This document shows positions 52,282 to 64,000 of a DNA stretch of 64,000 bases, in pieces. Source of the stretch: Octopus sinensis (Eukaryota); assembly GCF_006345805.1 (NCBI RefSeq), contig NC_043022.1, positions 6,944,001 to 7,008,000 of the forward strand, in the 5' to 3' direction. Numbering within the stretch: the stretch's first letter is position 1; every line of letters begins with the position of its first letter. A model generated the notes under the pieces. That model saw only the letters and a list, made by a program, of their open reading frames with translations. It searched no databases and was not told the DNA's origin. Made by a program: the position numbers and the translations under genes.

Positions 52282-55200
52282 CTTCCAATCTAAAAAATCA
52301 ATATTTTAAAAATAAAATAATAATAATTTTAAAATAATAAGTATGAATGAAACTAAATATAGTATATTATAATCCCATATATAAAACCATACTACATCCA
52401 TTATAATATAATATCATATATATAAAACAAAAAAAAACTAAAACAAATATTTATTAAAATATAATAATACATAAAAGTAAAAAAAATTATATTAAATATA
52501 AAACAAAAAATAAAAAATAAATAATATAATATAAAAAAAAAGATATACATTTATAACGAAATAATAATACTATATATACATTCCATACGCATATACCTAA
52601 TATATATAACCATATCTAATACATACACTAAATCACACACCTATATATATATCCCTATACAACACATAAAAATGTCTAGGCAACTAAAATAAATAAAATA
52701 GCTAAATACTTCAACACAATACTTATTCATACTCCCCCACCACACACACACATACAACCCACATTCACGCTCTAGAAAACGGACATCACTCAAAACTATG
52801 AACGGAGAAATGGAATAAATGGAATTAAAAATTATATTCACTTGGTAAAACGAACACTACTTAAAAATTATGAATGAAACAATGCAATAAAACAACAGAC
52901 ATCGCAAATAGACACAAATTACTACAAATCTTATCAACCTACCATGATAACCCAAAACTCATAAAAAATATAATGATAAAATCTCCCTTTACTAAACTCT
53001 ATAACAAACCTAATAGCAATCCCCTAACTAAACATTCACACACAAATACACACACGTAAACCCAACCACCCACGACATATACAAATACCCACACCACTAC
53101 ACATACCAATACATACATATAAACCTCAACATATACTCCAAAACCCACTCAACACCACACAGACAAATAAACACAAAAATTATGAATGGATTCTTTTATA
53201 AAACTACCATGATAAGCTAAAAACTCACAAAACAGAAATTATAAACCTCCCTTTACTAAACACTAAAACATACTTATATAGCAATCCTTTAACCTATACA
53301 TTCACACACACAAACCACTCGTAAACACACACCATAACAAATACAAACTCCCACCCCACTCACACACACCCACAAGTACATATAAGCCTCAAAACATTAC
53401 ACCAAACAAAATTACTTTACCAAGAACTTAACATATATATAAAAAGTATAACCGCTCTGGAAACGAACATCTCTAAATTATGAATGGAGAAATGGAATAA
53501 ATGGAATTAAAAATAAAATTCACGTGGCAAAACGAACACCACTCAAAAATTATGAATGAAACAATATAATAAAACAACCAACATCGAAAATAGACAAATT
53601 ACTACGAATTCCCTAAAAAAACCATGATAAACCAAAACTCTTAAAAAACATATAACGATAAAATCTCCATTGCTAAACTCTATAACAAACCTATATAGTA
53701 ATCCCCCTAACCTAAACATTCACACACAAACACACACGTAAACCACAGACCTACGACTTATACACATACCTAAACTAACTTATAAACCTCCATATACACC
53801 AAAACCCACTCCCTCCCACACAGACAAATTAACTCATACATCCCAAAACTAAATAACAAACCCATATACACATTCACACACAAACACACACACACGCCAA
53901 AACACACACACCACAACAGATACATATACTCCCTCACATATACGCATATACATACTCACTTAAAACTCAATATATACAACAATATTTACACACCCACACT
54001 CATACAGATAAATAAAATATACAACAAAAACTCGCACACAATCTCATATACATAAACACTCCTATGAAAACAACATTAAATACATCGTAATTAACCAGAA
54101 TATCAAAAATAACAATATGACATAAAGGTAAATAAAATACATACTTACAATTCAGTGTCAAATTATGAAGTGAAATTAAATTCTTAGCCGTTAAAAAATC
54201 AAACAAAAATTACGTTACCATAGAAATAACTTATGTAAAAAAAAGACTAACAAACAACTTGCAGTAACCCAAACCCATTCTCTATGCCTACCTCACTACT
54301 ACACTATTCCATTCACAATTCCAAAAACGTACTTGTCACCTCCGGTTATTACGTGGCAAAACGAACACCACTCAAAAATTATGAATAAACAATGTATAAA
54401 CAACCAACATCGAAAATAGACAAATCACCACGAATCCCGCCCCCACATGGATAAATAAACACTACATCCCCAAATGGGCTTAATCCCATTCACACCAATT
54501 ATATGTATACAATTATACACACTAGAATAATTTATAACTAACCCAAATATATAGAAACATACTAAAAATCACCAACTAACCAATCACAAATGAAAACCCA
54601 CACCCATACAATGACAAAATTACCCCCCCATACCCAATTACACCCACATAGTAATCCCAATATATTCATCCATATATGGACGCAAGTGCGTGAAGCACAT
54701 GCACACATTAATACGTACAACCCCTAATATACACTTATATAAATACGTATAAGCTTGACATCCACAGTGATAAGATTACACCCACTCACACCCAGATGGG
54801 TGAATTGCACAACCAGGGAACGCACACACACACGTGCGTTTTTTGATTGTGCAATTCGCCCATATGCATGTATGCGGGCGCGATTACATTGTTGCATATA
54901 TCGAGCCCAAATAGCATGCATATGTACATGTGAGGGGTACACGCAAATGACGTGCGCGTGTACCCCTGCATTTATACCGTGCGTAATATACACATGGAGA
55001 CTACCACACAGGTACAAATGTGTATAGTAATGGGAGCCCCATCACTACACTCATGTATACTCTCACCCATCCGCACGGATGTGTAAGTGTATCTCGGTGT
55101 ATAATGTGAGGCTTATATGTAGCGATGTGGAGGCGAATGTCGTTGAAATTGTGAATGAATGGGTGGAGTTGGGAATTGTAACCGGGTGGTGGACTAGCGT

Positions 55201-58200
55201 TGCTTGGTGGGAATTGATTAGTGTGGTAGTGAGGTAGGCATCGGGAATAGGTTTGGGTTGCTGTAGGTTGTTGTTAGAGCTGCTAGGGTGAGCTAAAGCT
55301 CATAAATGTATATAATGATTTTTCATGGTAGTTTTTTAAAGAATCCATTCATTATAAATTTTTTACGTAGTGTTGGTTTGCTACGTGGATATAGTTTTTA
55401 GTTCCATTTTTCTATTTCTCCATTCATAATTTAAATGACGTTTAATTTCTATGGCGCGTATTCTCTCTTTTTTTTTACATAAGTTATTTCTATGGTAACG
55501 TAATTTTGGTTTGGTTTTTTTAACGGCTAAGAATTTAATTTCACTTCATTATTTGAAATTGACTTGTAGTATGTATTTTATTTATCCTTATGTCATATTG
55601 TTATTTTGATATTCTGGTTAATTACGATGTATTTAATGTTGTTTTCATAGGAGTGTTTATGTATATGAGATTGTGTGTGAGTTTTTAGTTGTATATTTTA
55701 TTTATCTGTATGAGTGTGGGTGTGTAAATATTGTTGTATATATCGAGTTTAGTGAGTATATATATGAGTATATGTGAGGGAGTATATGTATCTGTTGTGG
55801 TGTGTGTTTTTTTTGTGTGTGTGTGTTTGTGTGTGAATGTGTATATGGGTTTGTTATTTAGGTTTTGGGATGTTTGTGTTAATTTGTCTGTGTGGGAGGG
55901 AGTGGGTTTTGTGTGTATATTGAGGTTTATAAATTAGGATAGGTATGTGTATAAGTCGTGGGTCTGTGGTTTACGAGTGTGTATTTGTGTGTGAATGTTT
56001 AGGTTTAGGGGGATTACTATATAGGTTTGTTATAGAGTTTAGCAAAGGGAGATTTATCGTTATATGTTTTTATGAGTTTTGGTTTATCATGGTTATTTTA
56101 GGGAATTCGTGGTAATTTGTCTATTTTCGATGTTGGTTGTTTTATACATTGTTTCATTCATAATTTTTGAGTGGTGTTCGTTTTGCCACGTGAATAACCG
56201 GGGTGGTGGACTAGCGTTGCTTGGAATTGTGAATGGAATAGTGTAGTAGTGAGGTAGTAGCATAGAGAATGGGTTTGGGTTACTGCAAGTTGTTTGTTAG
56301 AGATGCTAAGGTGAGCTAAAGTTCATAGATGTATATAATGATTTTTCATGGTAGTTTTTTAAAGAATCCATTCATAAAAATTTTTTTAAGTAGTGTTGGT
56401 TTGCCACGTGGATATAGTTTTTAGTTCCATTTTTCTATTTCTCCATTCATAATTTAAATGACGTGTTACTTTCCATGGCGCGTATTCTTTTTTTACATAA
56501 GTTATTTCTATGGTAACGTAATTTTGCTTTGATTTTTTTAACGGCTAAGAATTTAATTTCACTTCATAATTTGACACTGAATTGTAAGTATGTATTTTAT
56601 TTATCCTTATGTCATATTGTTATTTTTGATATTCTGGTAATTACGATGTATTTAATGTTGTTTTCATAGGTGGTTTTGTATATGAGATTGTGTGCGAGTT
56701 TTTAGTTGTATAATTTATTTATCTGTATGAGTGTGGGTGTGTAAATATTGTTGTATATATCGAGTTTAGTGAGATGTATATGCGTATATGTGAGGGAGTA
56801 TATGTATCTGTTGTGGTGTGTGTTTGCGTGGTGTGTTGTTTGTGTGTGAATGTGTATATGGGTTTGTTATTTAGGTTTGGGGATGTATGTGTTAATTTGT
56901 CTGTGTGGGAGGGAGTGGGTTTTGGTGTTATGAGGTTTATAAGTTAGTATAGGTATGTGTATAAGTCGTGGGTCTGTGGTTTACGAGTGTGTATTTGTGT
57001 GTGAATGTTTAGGTTGGGAGGGAGATTGTATATAGGTTTGTTATAGAGTTTAGCAAAGGGAGATTTATCGTTATATGTTTTTAGGAGTTTTGGTTTATCA
57101 TGGTTTTTTTTAGGGAATTCGTGGTAATTTGTCTATTTTCGATGTTGGTTGTTTTATTACATGTTTCATTCATAATTTTGAGTGGTGTTCGTTTTGCCAC
57201 GTGAATAACCGGGAGGTGGACTAGCGTTGTTTGGAATTGTGAATGGAATAGTGTAGTAGTGAGGTAGGCATAGAGAATGGGTTGGGTTACTGCAAGTTGT
57301 TTGTTAGTCTTTTTTACATAAGTTATTTCTATGGTAACGTAATTTTGCTTTGATTTTTTAACGGCTAAGAATTTAATTTCACTTCATAATTTGACACTGA
57401 ATTGTAAGTATGTATTTTATTTACCTTTATGTCATATTGTTATTTTTGATATTCTGGTTAATTACGTTTGCGAGTTTTTAGTTGTATAATTTATTTATCT
57501 GTATGAGTGTGGGTGTGTAAATATTGTTGTATATATTGAGTTTAGTGAGTATGTATATGTGTATATGTGAGGGAGTATATGTATCTGTTGTGTATGTGTG
57601 TTTTGCGTGTGTGTGTGTTTGTGTGTGAATGTGTATATTGGTTTGTTATTTAGGTTTTGGGATGTATGAGTTAATTTGTCTGTGTGGGAGGGAGTGGGTT
57701 TTGGTGTATATGGAGGTTTATAAGTTAGTTTAGGTATGTGTATAAGTCGTGGGTCTGTGGTTTACGTGTGTGTTTGTGTGTGAATGTTTAGGTTAGGGGG
57801 ATATTACTATATAGGTTTGTTATAGAGTTTAGCAAAGGGAGATTTTATCGTTATATGTTTTTTAAGAGTTTTGGTTTATCATGGTTTTTTTAGGGAATTC
57901 GTAGTAATTTGTCTATTTTCGATGTTGGTTGTTTTTATATATTGTTTCATTCATAATTTTTGAGTGGTGTTCGTTTTGCCACGTGAATTTTATTTTTAAT
58001 TCCATTTATTCCATTTCTCCATTCATTAATTTAGAGATGTTCGTTTCCAGAGCGGTTATATACTTTTATATATATGTTAAGTTCCTTGGTAAAGTAATTT
58101 TGTTTGGTGTATATGTTGAGGCTTATATGTACTTGTGGGTGTGTGTGAGTGGGGTGGGAGTTTGTATTTGTTATGGGTGTGTGGTTTACGAGTGGTTTTT

Positions 58201-59177
58201 GTGTGTGAATGTATAGGTTAAGGAATTGCTATAAGTATGTTTTAGTGTTTAGTAAAGGGAGGTTTTATCATTTCTGTTTTGTGAGTTTTAGCTTATCATG
58301 GTAGTTTTATAAAAGAATCCATTCATAATTTTTGTGTTTATTTGTCTGTGTGGGGTTGAGTGGGTTTTTGGAGTATATGTTGAGGTTTATATGTATGTAT
58401 TGGTATGTGTAAGTGGTGTGGGTATTTGTATATGTCGTGGGTGTGTGGTTTACGTGTGGTATTGTGTGTGTGAATGTTTAGGTTAGGGGATTGCTATATA
58501 GGTTTGTTATAGAGTTTAGTAAAGGGAGATTTTATCATTATATTTTATGAGTTTTGGTTATCATGGTAGGTTTTTGATAAGGAATGTAGTAATTTGTGTC
58601 TATTTGCGATGTCTGTTGTTTTATTGCATTGTTTCATTCATAATTTTAAGTAGTGTTCGTTGTTTTACCAAGTGAATATTTTTAATTCCATTTATTCCAT
58701 TTCTCCGTTCATAGTTTTGAGTGATGTCCGTTTTCTAGAGCGTGAATGTGGGTTGTATGTGTGTGTGTGGGAGTATGAATAAGTATTGTGTTGAAGTATT
58801 TAGCTATTTTATTTATTTATAGTTGCCTAGACATTTTTATGTGTATGTATAGGGATATATATAGGTGTGTGATTTAGTGTATGTAGTTAGATATGGTTAT
58901 ATATAATTAGGTATATGCGTATGGGTGTATATATAGTTTATATTAATTATTTTTTTTTGTTTTTTGTTTTTTTATTTTATATTTTATATTTTATATTTTA
59001 TATTTTTAATTTTTGTTGATAGGTTTTTTAGTTTATATATTGTTTATATATTGATTATATATGGATTATAGATAGGTTATATATGGATTATATACTTATA
59101 TTTTTTCATTCATACTTTAATTATTTTAAAATTATTATTTATATATTTTAAAATATATTGTTTTTTAGATTGGAAGT

Positions 59178-59220
59178 CCACCTGAAGATTGTCGATCAAG
59201 ACAAGAAACGATTGTAGTGG
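59178..59220 (+). ncRNA. Minimal type-I hammerhead ribozyme
   Basis: Helix I CCAC/GUGG, core CUGAAGA, stem II UUGUC/GACAA, GAAA, quasi-palindromic stem III ACGAUUGU; predicted cleavage after GUA at 59216. Confidence 0.72.
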
Positions 59221-59399
59221 CGGTTTTTTTGACTATTTATTAAATTTTATGTATTGATTAAGTCTTCCTTGTTTGTTTTGCAAAATAGTGGTTTTGTCTC
59301 GAATAATATTTTATATATAATATATAATATTTTATATATAATATAGATATTTATCTATGTGTGTTGTTATATATATATATATGTGTTGTAATATATATA

Positions 59400-59429
<30 letters not shown>

Positions 59430-59430
<1 letters not shown>

Positions 59431-60646
59431 TGGGTGGGCAACTTACTTCGAGAATTCTTTTATTTTTTTGAATCATTTTGGAATTATTTTGTTATTTTTT
59501 TGTAGTTAATTTTAGTTAATGTTTGTTCAGATCATTAAAATGGATTTGTCAAGTTAAGAGAACAAGCATTTTGACACCTTCTTTGCTTTAATCAAGGTTC
59601 TCAGGTCACAAAAGCTGCTCACAAACATTTGTGGGTGTATGGAAGAGGGTGTCCTGCTGAAAGAACAGAGGATGTAATTGGTATGCCAAGTTCAAAAATG
59701 AAAATTTTGACCTCAAAGGCGCACCTCATTCTGGCCGTCCAGTTGAGTTTGATGAAGTGTGATTAAACCAACTTTTGCATGAAAATTCTCGTCAAGTTAA
59801 ATGGCAGAGAAAATGGAATGTTCCCACTCTGCTATAGAGAAGCATCTTCACTTGTGGGGAAAGGTTTAGAATTATGGAGCATGGGTTCCGTATGCTTTAA
59901 GTGACAACAAAAATCAACGAGCCACAATCTCTGCTGGTTTGCTTGCTCGTCGCCGCTCAGCTCATGGACACAAGCAATGATTTCTTTACCGAATTGTTAA
60001 TGGCGACGAAAAATGGTGCCTCTACATCAATATGAAGCAGCGTAAGGAATGGCTTAGCCCCGGTAAACAAGCGACACCGCATGTAAAACAAAATCTTCAT
60101 CCGCGTAAAATGATGTTGTGCATATGGTGAGGCTGGGAAGGGATTATCCATTACGAATTGCTTGAACGGAACCAAATGGTCAATGCGGAACTCTGTGTTC
60201 CACAGATGGAATGACTCCACACGGCCATTCAAGAGAAAAGACCTAATCAGCAGCATGGAGTTCTTCTGCTGTATGACAACACCCACCCTCATATCGCCAA
60301 TATGACCAAGGAAGCCATTCAAGCGAATGGCTAGGAAGTGCTGCCATACCCACCGTACTCTCCTGATTTGGCACCAACGGATTTCTACCTCTTTTGATCT
60401 CTTTCAAATGCTATGCACAGAGTTTCATTCAATACTTATGCAGAATTGAGAGCTTGGTTGGATCAATTTTATGAGTCAAAATCGAGTGATTTCTACCAAC
60501 GAGGTATTGAAAATCTTGTTGAATGTTGGGAAGAAGTTGTAAACAACAAGGGTGAAGACATTATTTATTAATTAGTTGTTATTTTTTATTAAACCTTTTA
60601 AAAATTCTAATTTTAGAAAACGGCAGGAATTTAGTTGCCAACTCAA
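59430..60646 (+). mobile_element. Near full-length degenerate mariner (DD34D) element
   Basis: TA TSD; TIRs TTGGGTGGGCAACT and AGTTGCCAACTCAA; motifs WVPYAL, GDEKW, YDNTHPH and PYSPDLAP; frameshifts. Confidence 0.92.
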
Positions 60647-60779
60647 TATAAATATATATATATATATATATAGTTAATCCAAACAAGAAAACACAGAAAA
60701 AAAGAGAAAAAAACACAGCAACGCGAGGACGTGGAACAATTAAAGTATTATTTGACGCTCAGGAAAGAAGGGAAGGAGG

Positions 60780-60814
60780 GTTTAACGTTTCGAGCGGAGC
60801 TCTTCGTCGGAAAC
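60780..60814 (-). ncRNA. Minimal type-I hammerhead motif (U4C variant)
   Basis: GUUU-CCGACGA-A-GAGC-UCC-GCUC-GAAA-CG-UU-AAAC. Confidence 0.55.
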
Positions 60815-61775
60815 AAGGAGAAGGAAAGATCCCAAGAAGGGAAGACAGAGGAAAAAATATGTAGTGCTAGATGTGTTGTCATTCTTGTGGTTGGCATAGT
60901 GGGGATACATTCCCCCATTTCTCTAACCAAGTCTGCTACAAGGATGTTGATTTTGGTAGTACTTGACATCACTGAGTCACTACGGATTACCAGTAGATTA
61001 GCCATAGGTTTGCAACAGTTTGAAATATTATGAAAATACTACGATTAACAGACTGTTAAACCCTATTTAACAGTTCTGTTAATCATAGTATTTTCTATCC
61101 ACAGCTCAGTATCTAGGACAGGTAATCTATTTCTTGGCTGTTTATAGGGGTAGTCTACAGTAACCTTTATACTGCTATGGATAGAGTCTGCTTTGTGTTG
61201 TATTGTTATCATCTGTTCTTCATTTAGTAGTTGCAGGATGGAATTTTATCAACGAACAGGTTGCAGTTTCAAAGCAACGAAATATTTTGAGAAATTAAAT
61301 TTAAATGTTGAACTGAATCTAACAGTATTTGTGTGTTATTAAATGGCTTATAAACACCTTCTATGCTGCAATTATATGTATATATACATTCTATATATAT
61401 ATACATATTAGTACGTTTAAATATTTGTTGTGCAAGATTTTTTATTGGCTAAACTGGCAATATGACCATTCCGAAATATAACAATATATATACATACATA
61501 CTCATATATATATATAAGTAAGAAAGAATGTAAAAACATAACATGTGGTATCACTTTAGAGCATGGGATTTATGATTGAAATATAATTGTGGAGTTGTTA
61601 GAGTAAAGAAGTGGGAGAGAGAAAAGTTTGCTGAGATGGAATGTTTATGTCCTGAAGATGCCAAGGACACTTTTGTTTGAGTCGCAGTTCTGAGTTTTGG
61701 TAGCTTGAGTTTTACTGATAAACCAACCCAACCACTTAATTGTATATACCTCATCAGATGCAATTGTATCTCGAC

Positions 61776-61813
<38 letters not shown>

Positions 61814-61985
61814 GTGTGTGTGTATATATATATATACATACATATGTGTATGTTTATATATGTATGTATGTATGTATATATATATATAGTTAATCCAAAC
61901 AAGAAAACACAGAAAAAAACACGGCAACGCGAGGACGTGGAACAATTAAAGTATTATTTGATGCTCAGGAAAGAAAGGAAGGAGG

Positions 61986-62020
61986 GTTTAACGTTTCGAG
62001 CGGAGCTCTTCGTCGGAAAC
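61986..62020 (-). ncRNA. Identical second hammerhead motif
   Basis: Same 35 nt as 60780-60814, 1206 bp away. Confidence 0.55.
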
Positions 62021-62154
62021 AAGGAGAAGGAAAGATCCCGAGAAGGGAAGACAGAGGAAAAAAATATTTTTGCTGGTGGTGCTCAAGAGATCACATGTTG
62101 AAAGAACAGGAGTTGAGAGGTAGACGACCATATATATATATATGTATGTGTGTC

Positions 62155-62205
<51 letters not shown>

Positions 62206-62273
62206 TGATAGAAATGGTAAGACAACAAAAGAATGAAAGAGACCTCGATATTATGTAAATAGAGGAATTTATC

Positions 62274-62468
62274 TGTAAATATAATATCTCACAATTATTT
62301 GGTAGCCATGATAAAACTGCGAGTTTTGGATGACAGGCTGGAAACCCATGGTGCCATCTCTTCAGTCGGATAACTGAAGAGATGGTGGTGTGGGTTTCTG
62401 CCCCGACATCCGAAACTCAGAGTTTTATCATGGCTACTGAATAATTGTCACATATTATATTTACAGAT
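62274..62468. repeat. ~195 bp hairpin (inverted duplication) containing a hammerhead motif on the + strand at 62369-62429
   Basis: Arms are reverse complements around the loop CGGATA; the + strand reads GAUAA-CUGAAGA-GAUG..CAUCC-GAAA-CUCAGAG-UU-UUAUC. Confidence 0.75.
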
Positions 62469-62658
62469 ATATATATATATATGTGTGTGTTTGTGTGTTT
62501 GTATAGGAAATCCTTTAAGGAGAACCAAAACAGGGGCTGGTATATCTTTTCTTATTGATGCTGATGTAAATAATGGAGATGATTGCAATGATGGTCGTGA
62601 TGATGATGATGATGATGATGATGATAATAACTTTGTCTCTTTCTGTTTCTTTTTGCAG

Positions 62659-62702
62659 GATGGGACGAAACTTTATGATGACATCGACCCAAGTCATGTT
62701 GG
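62659..62702 (+). CDS. SKAP2: SKAP-like gene, short exon with YDD tyrosine motif
   Basis: TTCTTTTTGCAG acceptor and GG|GTAAGT donor; phase 0-2; encodes DGTKLYDDIDPSHVG (compare SKAP2 DGEEYDDP). Confidence 0.7.
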
Positions 62703-62763
62703 GTAAGTTTTGCCACTGTAATAGTAGTAGTAGTAGTAGTGGTAGTGGTGGTGGCGGTGGTGG

Positions 62764-62794
<31 letters not shown>

Positions 62795-63594
62795 TATTGC
62801 TGTTGAGCCCCAGGCCAGCAGCACTGGTTGAGCGGACCTATGATTATAGAAGTTCCACTCTACACGAAGACCCCAATATCTGGCCCTTCTATATTTGAAA
62901 TCTCTCAACTCGCACATCCTCTCAATACTACTCCTCCCCTTCCCATTTGAAGGGATCTTGTCTTGCAATGTACTTGGTGACCCTGTCAATGCTGGTGCCA
63001 CATAAAAAGCACTCAGTCCACTTTGTAAAGGGGTTGGTGTTAGGAAGGGCATCCAGCCTTAGAAACCATGCCAAAACAGATACTAGAGCTTGGTGCAGTC
63101 TTCTGACTTGCCAGCTCCTATCAAATCATCCAACCCATGCCAGCATGGAAAACAGACATTAAATGATGATGTTTAACGTGTTTTTCTTTTATGGCGTGAT
63201 TTGAGATGGATTGGGGTCTTATTTCTTGCAAGGTAAGTGACCCTTTAGAGGTTGTTCAGTCTCAGGGCAGTAAAACCTTAATCCATTAACTGCCAAATTC
63301 TTTTAATTTATATTTTTTGGCTTTGCCAGGTGTCTTAGGAGTTAAATTAATATAACAGTATTTAAATTTTCTTCATATGTGAATTATTTTGGAAATTAGG
63401 ATAAATTTTTCGAGAAGTCCCAAATGGAGATCGCTGCAAAAAAAAAAAGAAGCATATTTATCCTTTTCTATTCAATTGCAATAATAAACATTTTAGTCTT
63501 TTGGAAATTATAGAATTAAATGTGAATCTGTATGAAATATCAGTGAATGATATAATAGATGGGAATTGCAAAAAAGAAAAAAAGAAATGGAAAA

Positions 63595-63757
63595 CGTGGC
63601 TGTGTGGTAAGTAGCTTGCTAACCAACCACATGGTTCCGGGTTCAGTCCCACTGCGTGGCACCTTGGGCAAGTGTCTTCTGCTGTAGTCCCGGGCCGACC
63701 AATGCCTTGTGAGTGGATTTGGTAGACGGAAACTGAAAGAAGCCTGTCGTATATATG

Positions 63758-63788
<31 letters not shown>

Positions 63789-63999
63789 TTGTGTGTCTGT
63801 GTTTGTCCCCCTAGCATTGCTTGACAACCGATGCTGGTGTGTTTACGTCCCCGTCACTTAGCGGTTCGGCAAAAGAGACCAATAGAATAAGTACTGCGCT
63901 TACAAAGAATAAGTCCCGGGGTCGATTTGCTCGACTAAAGGCGGTGCTCCAGCATGGCCGCAGTCAAATGACTGAAACAAGTAAAAGAGAAAAAAGTAA
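63595..63999 (+). mobile_element. SINE family A
   Basis: GTGGCTGTGTGGTAAG head through to the GTAAAAGAG tail. Confidence 0.92.
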
Positions 64000-64000
64000 A

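Larger units (their letters stand above)
52141..59312. repeat. ~7.2 kb inverted-repeat structure capped by hammerhead-bearing, Penelope-like termini
   Basis: 52141-54440 is approximately the reverse complement of 57110-59312. Extra ~1.01 kb tandem units lie at 55181-57208. The left arm is A/C-rich, the right arm G/T-rich, and both ends abut (TA)n. Confidence 0.85.
60670..62060 (-). mobile_element. Penelope-like element: two direct pLTR-like repeats flanking an RT fragment
   Basis: Repeats at 60670-60860 and 61878-62060. The minus strand at ~60900-61250 translates to IHSSIKVTVDYPYKQPRNRLPVLDTELWIE..KPMANLLVIRSDSVMSSTTKINILVADLVR, which resembles the PLE RT thumb. Confidence 0.7.

Noticed and set aside
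52300-59150. Mitochondrial insertion (NUMT), suggested by the strong AC/GT skew
   Set aside because: No recognisable mitochondrial protein, rRNA or tRNA motifs; the structure is tandem and inverted repeat with hammerhead termini.

Overview
Eukaryotic, AT-rich, microsatellite- and transposon-dense genomic DNA, most likely from an octopus (inferred from the SINE families and repeat landscape, not verified). Four in-frame, splice-site-bounded + strand exons (32036-32206, 43488-43583, 50409-50551, 62659-62702) encode the N-terminal part of a SKAP1/SKAP2-like adaptor (dimerisation helix, PxxPxR motifs, acidic YDD motif). Almost everything else is intronic or intergenic repeat: four tRNA/RTE-related SINE families, LINE fragments (Tx1/L1, RTE, CR1-like, REL-type, Penelope), mariner and maT transposase relics, hAT and piggyBac-like MITEs, Helitrons, one tRNA-Ser(GCT) copy and long mini/microsatellites. 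The most striking signal is a set of minimal type-I hammerhead ribozyme motifs tied to Penelope-like termini. Two of them cap a ~7.2 kb inverted-repeat structure (52.1-59.3 kb) built from strand-asymmetric higher-order repeats. Also notable: a Helitron carrying a captured LINE ORF1 fragment, a SINE-derived tandem array, and a terminator-less tRNA running into a SINE body. Most ORF-track entries are microsatellite or SINE artefacts. Repeat boundaries are hand-estimated (about +/-10-20 bp), and some regions look like noisy long-read consensus.
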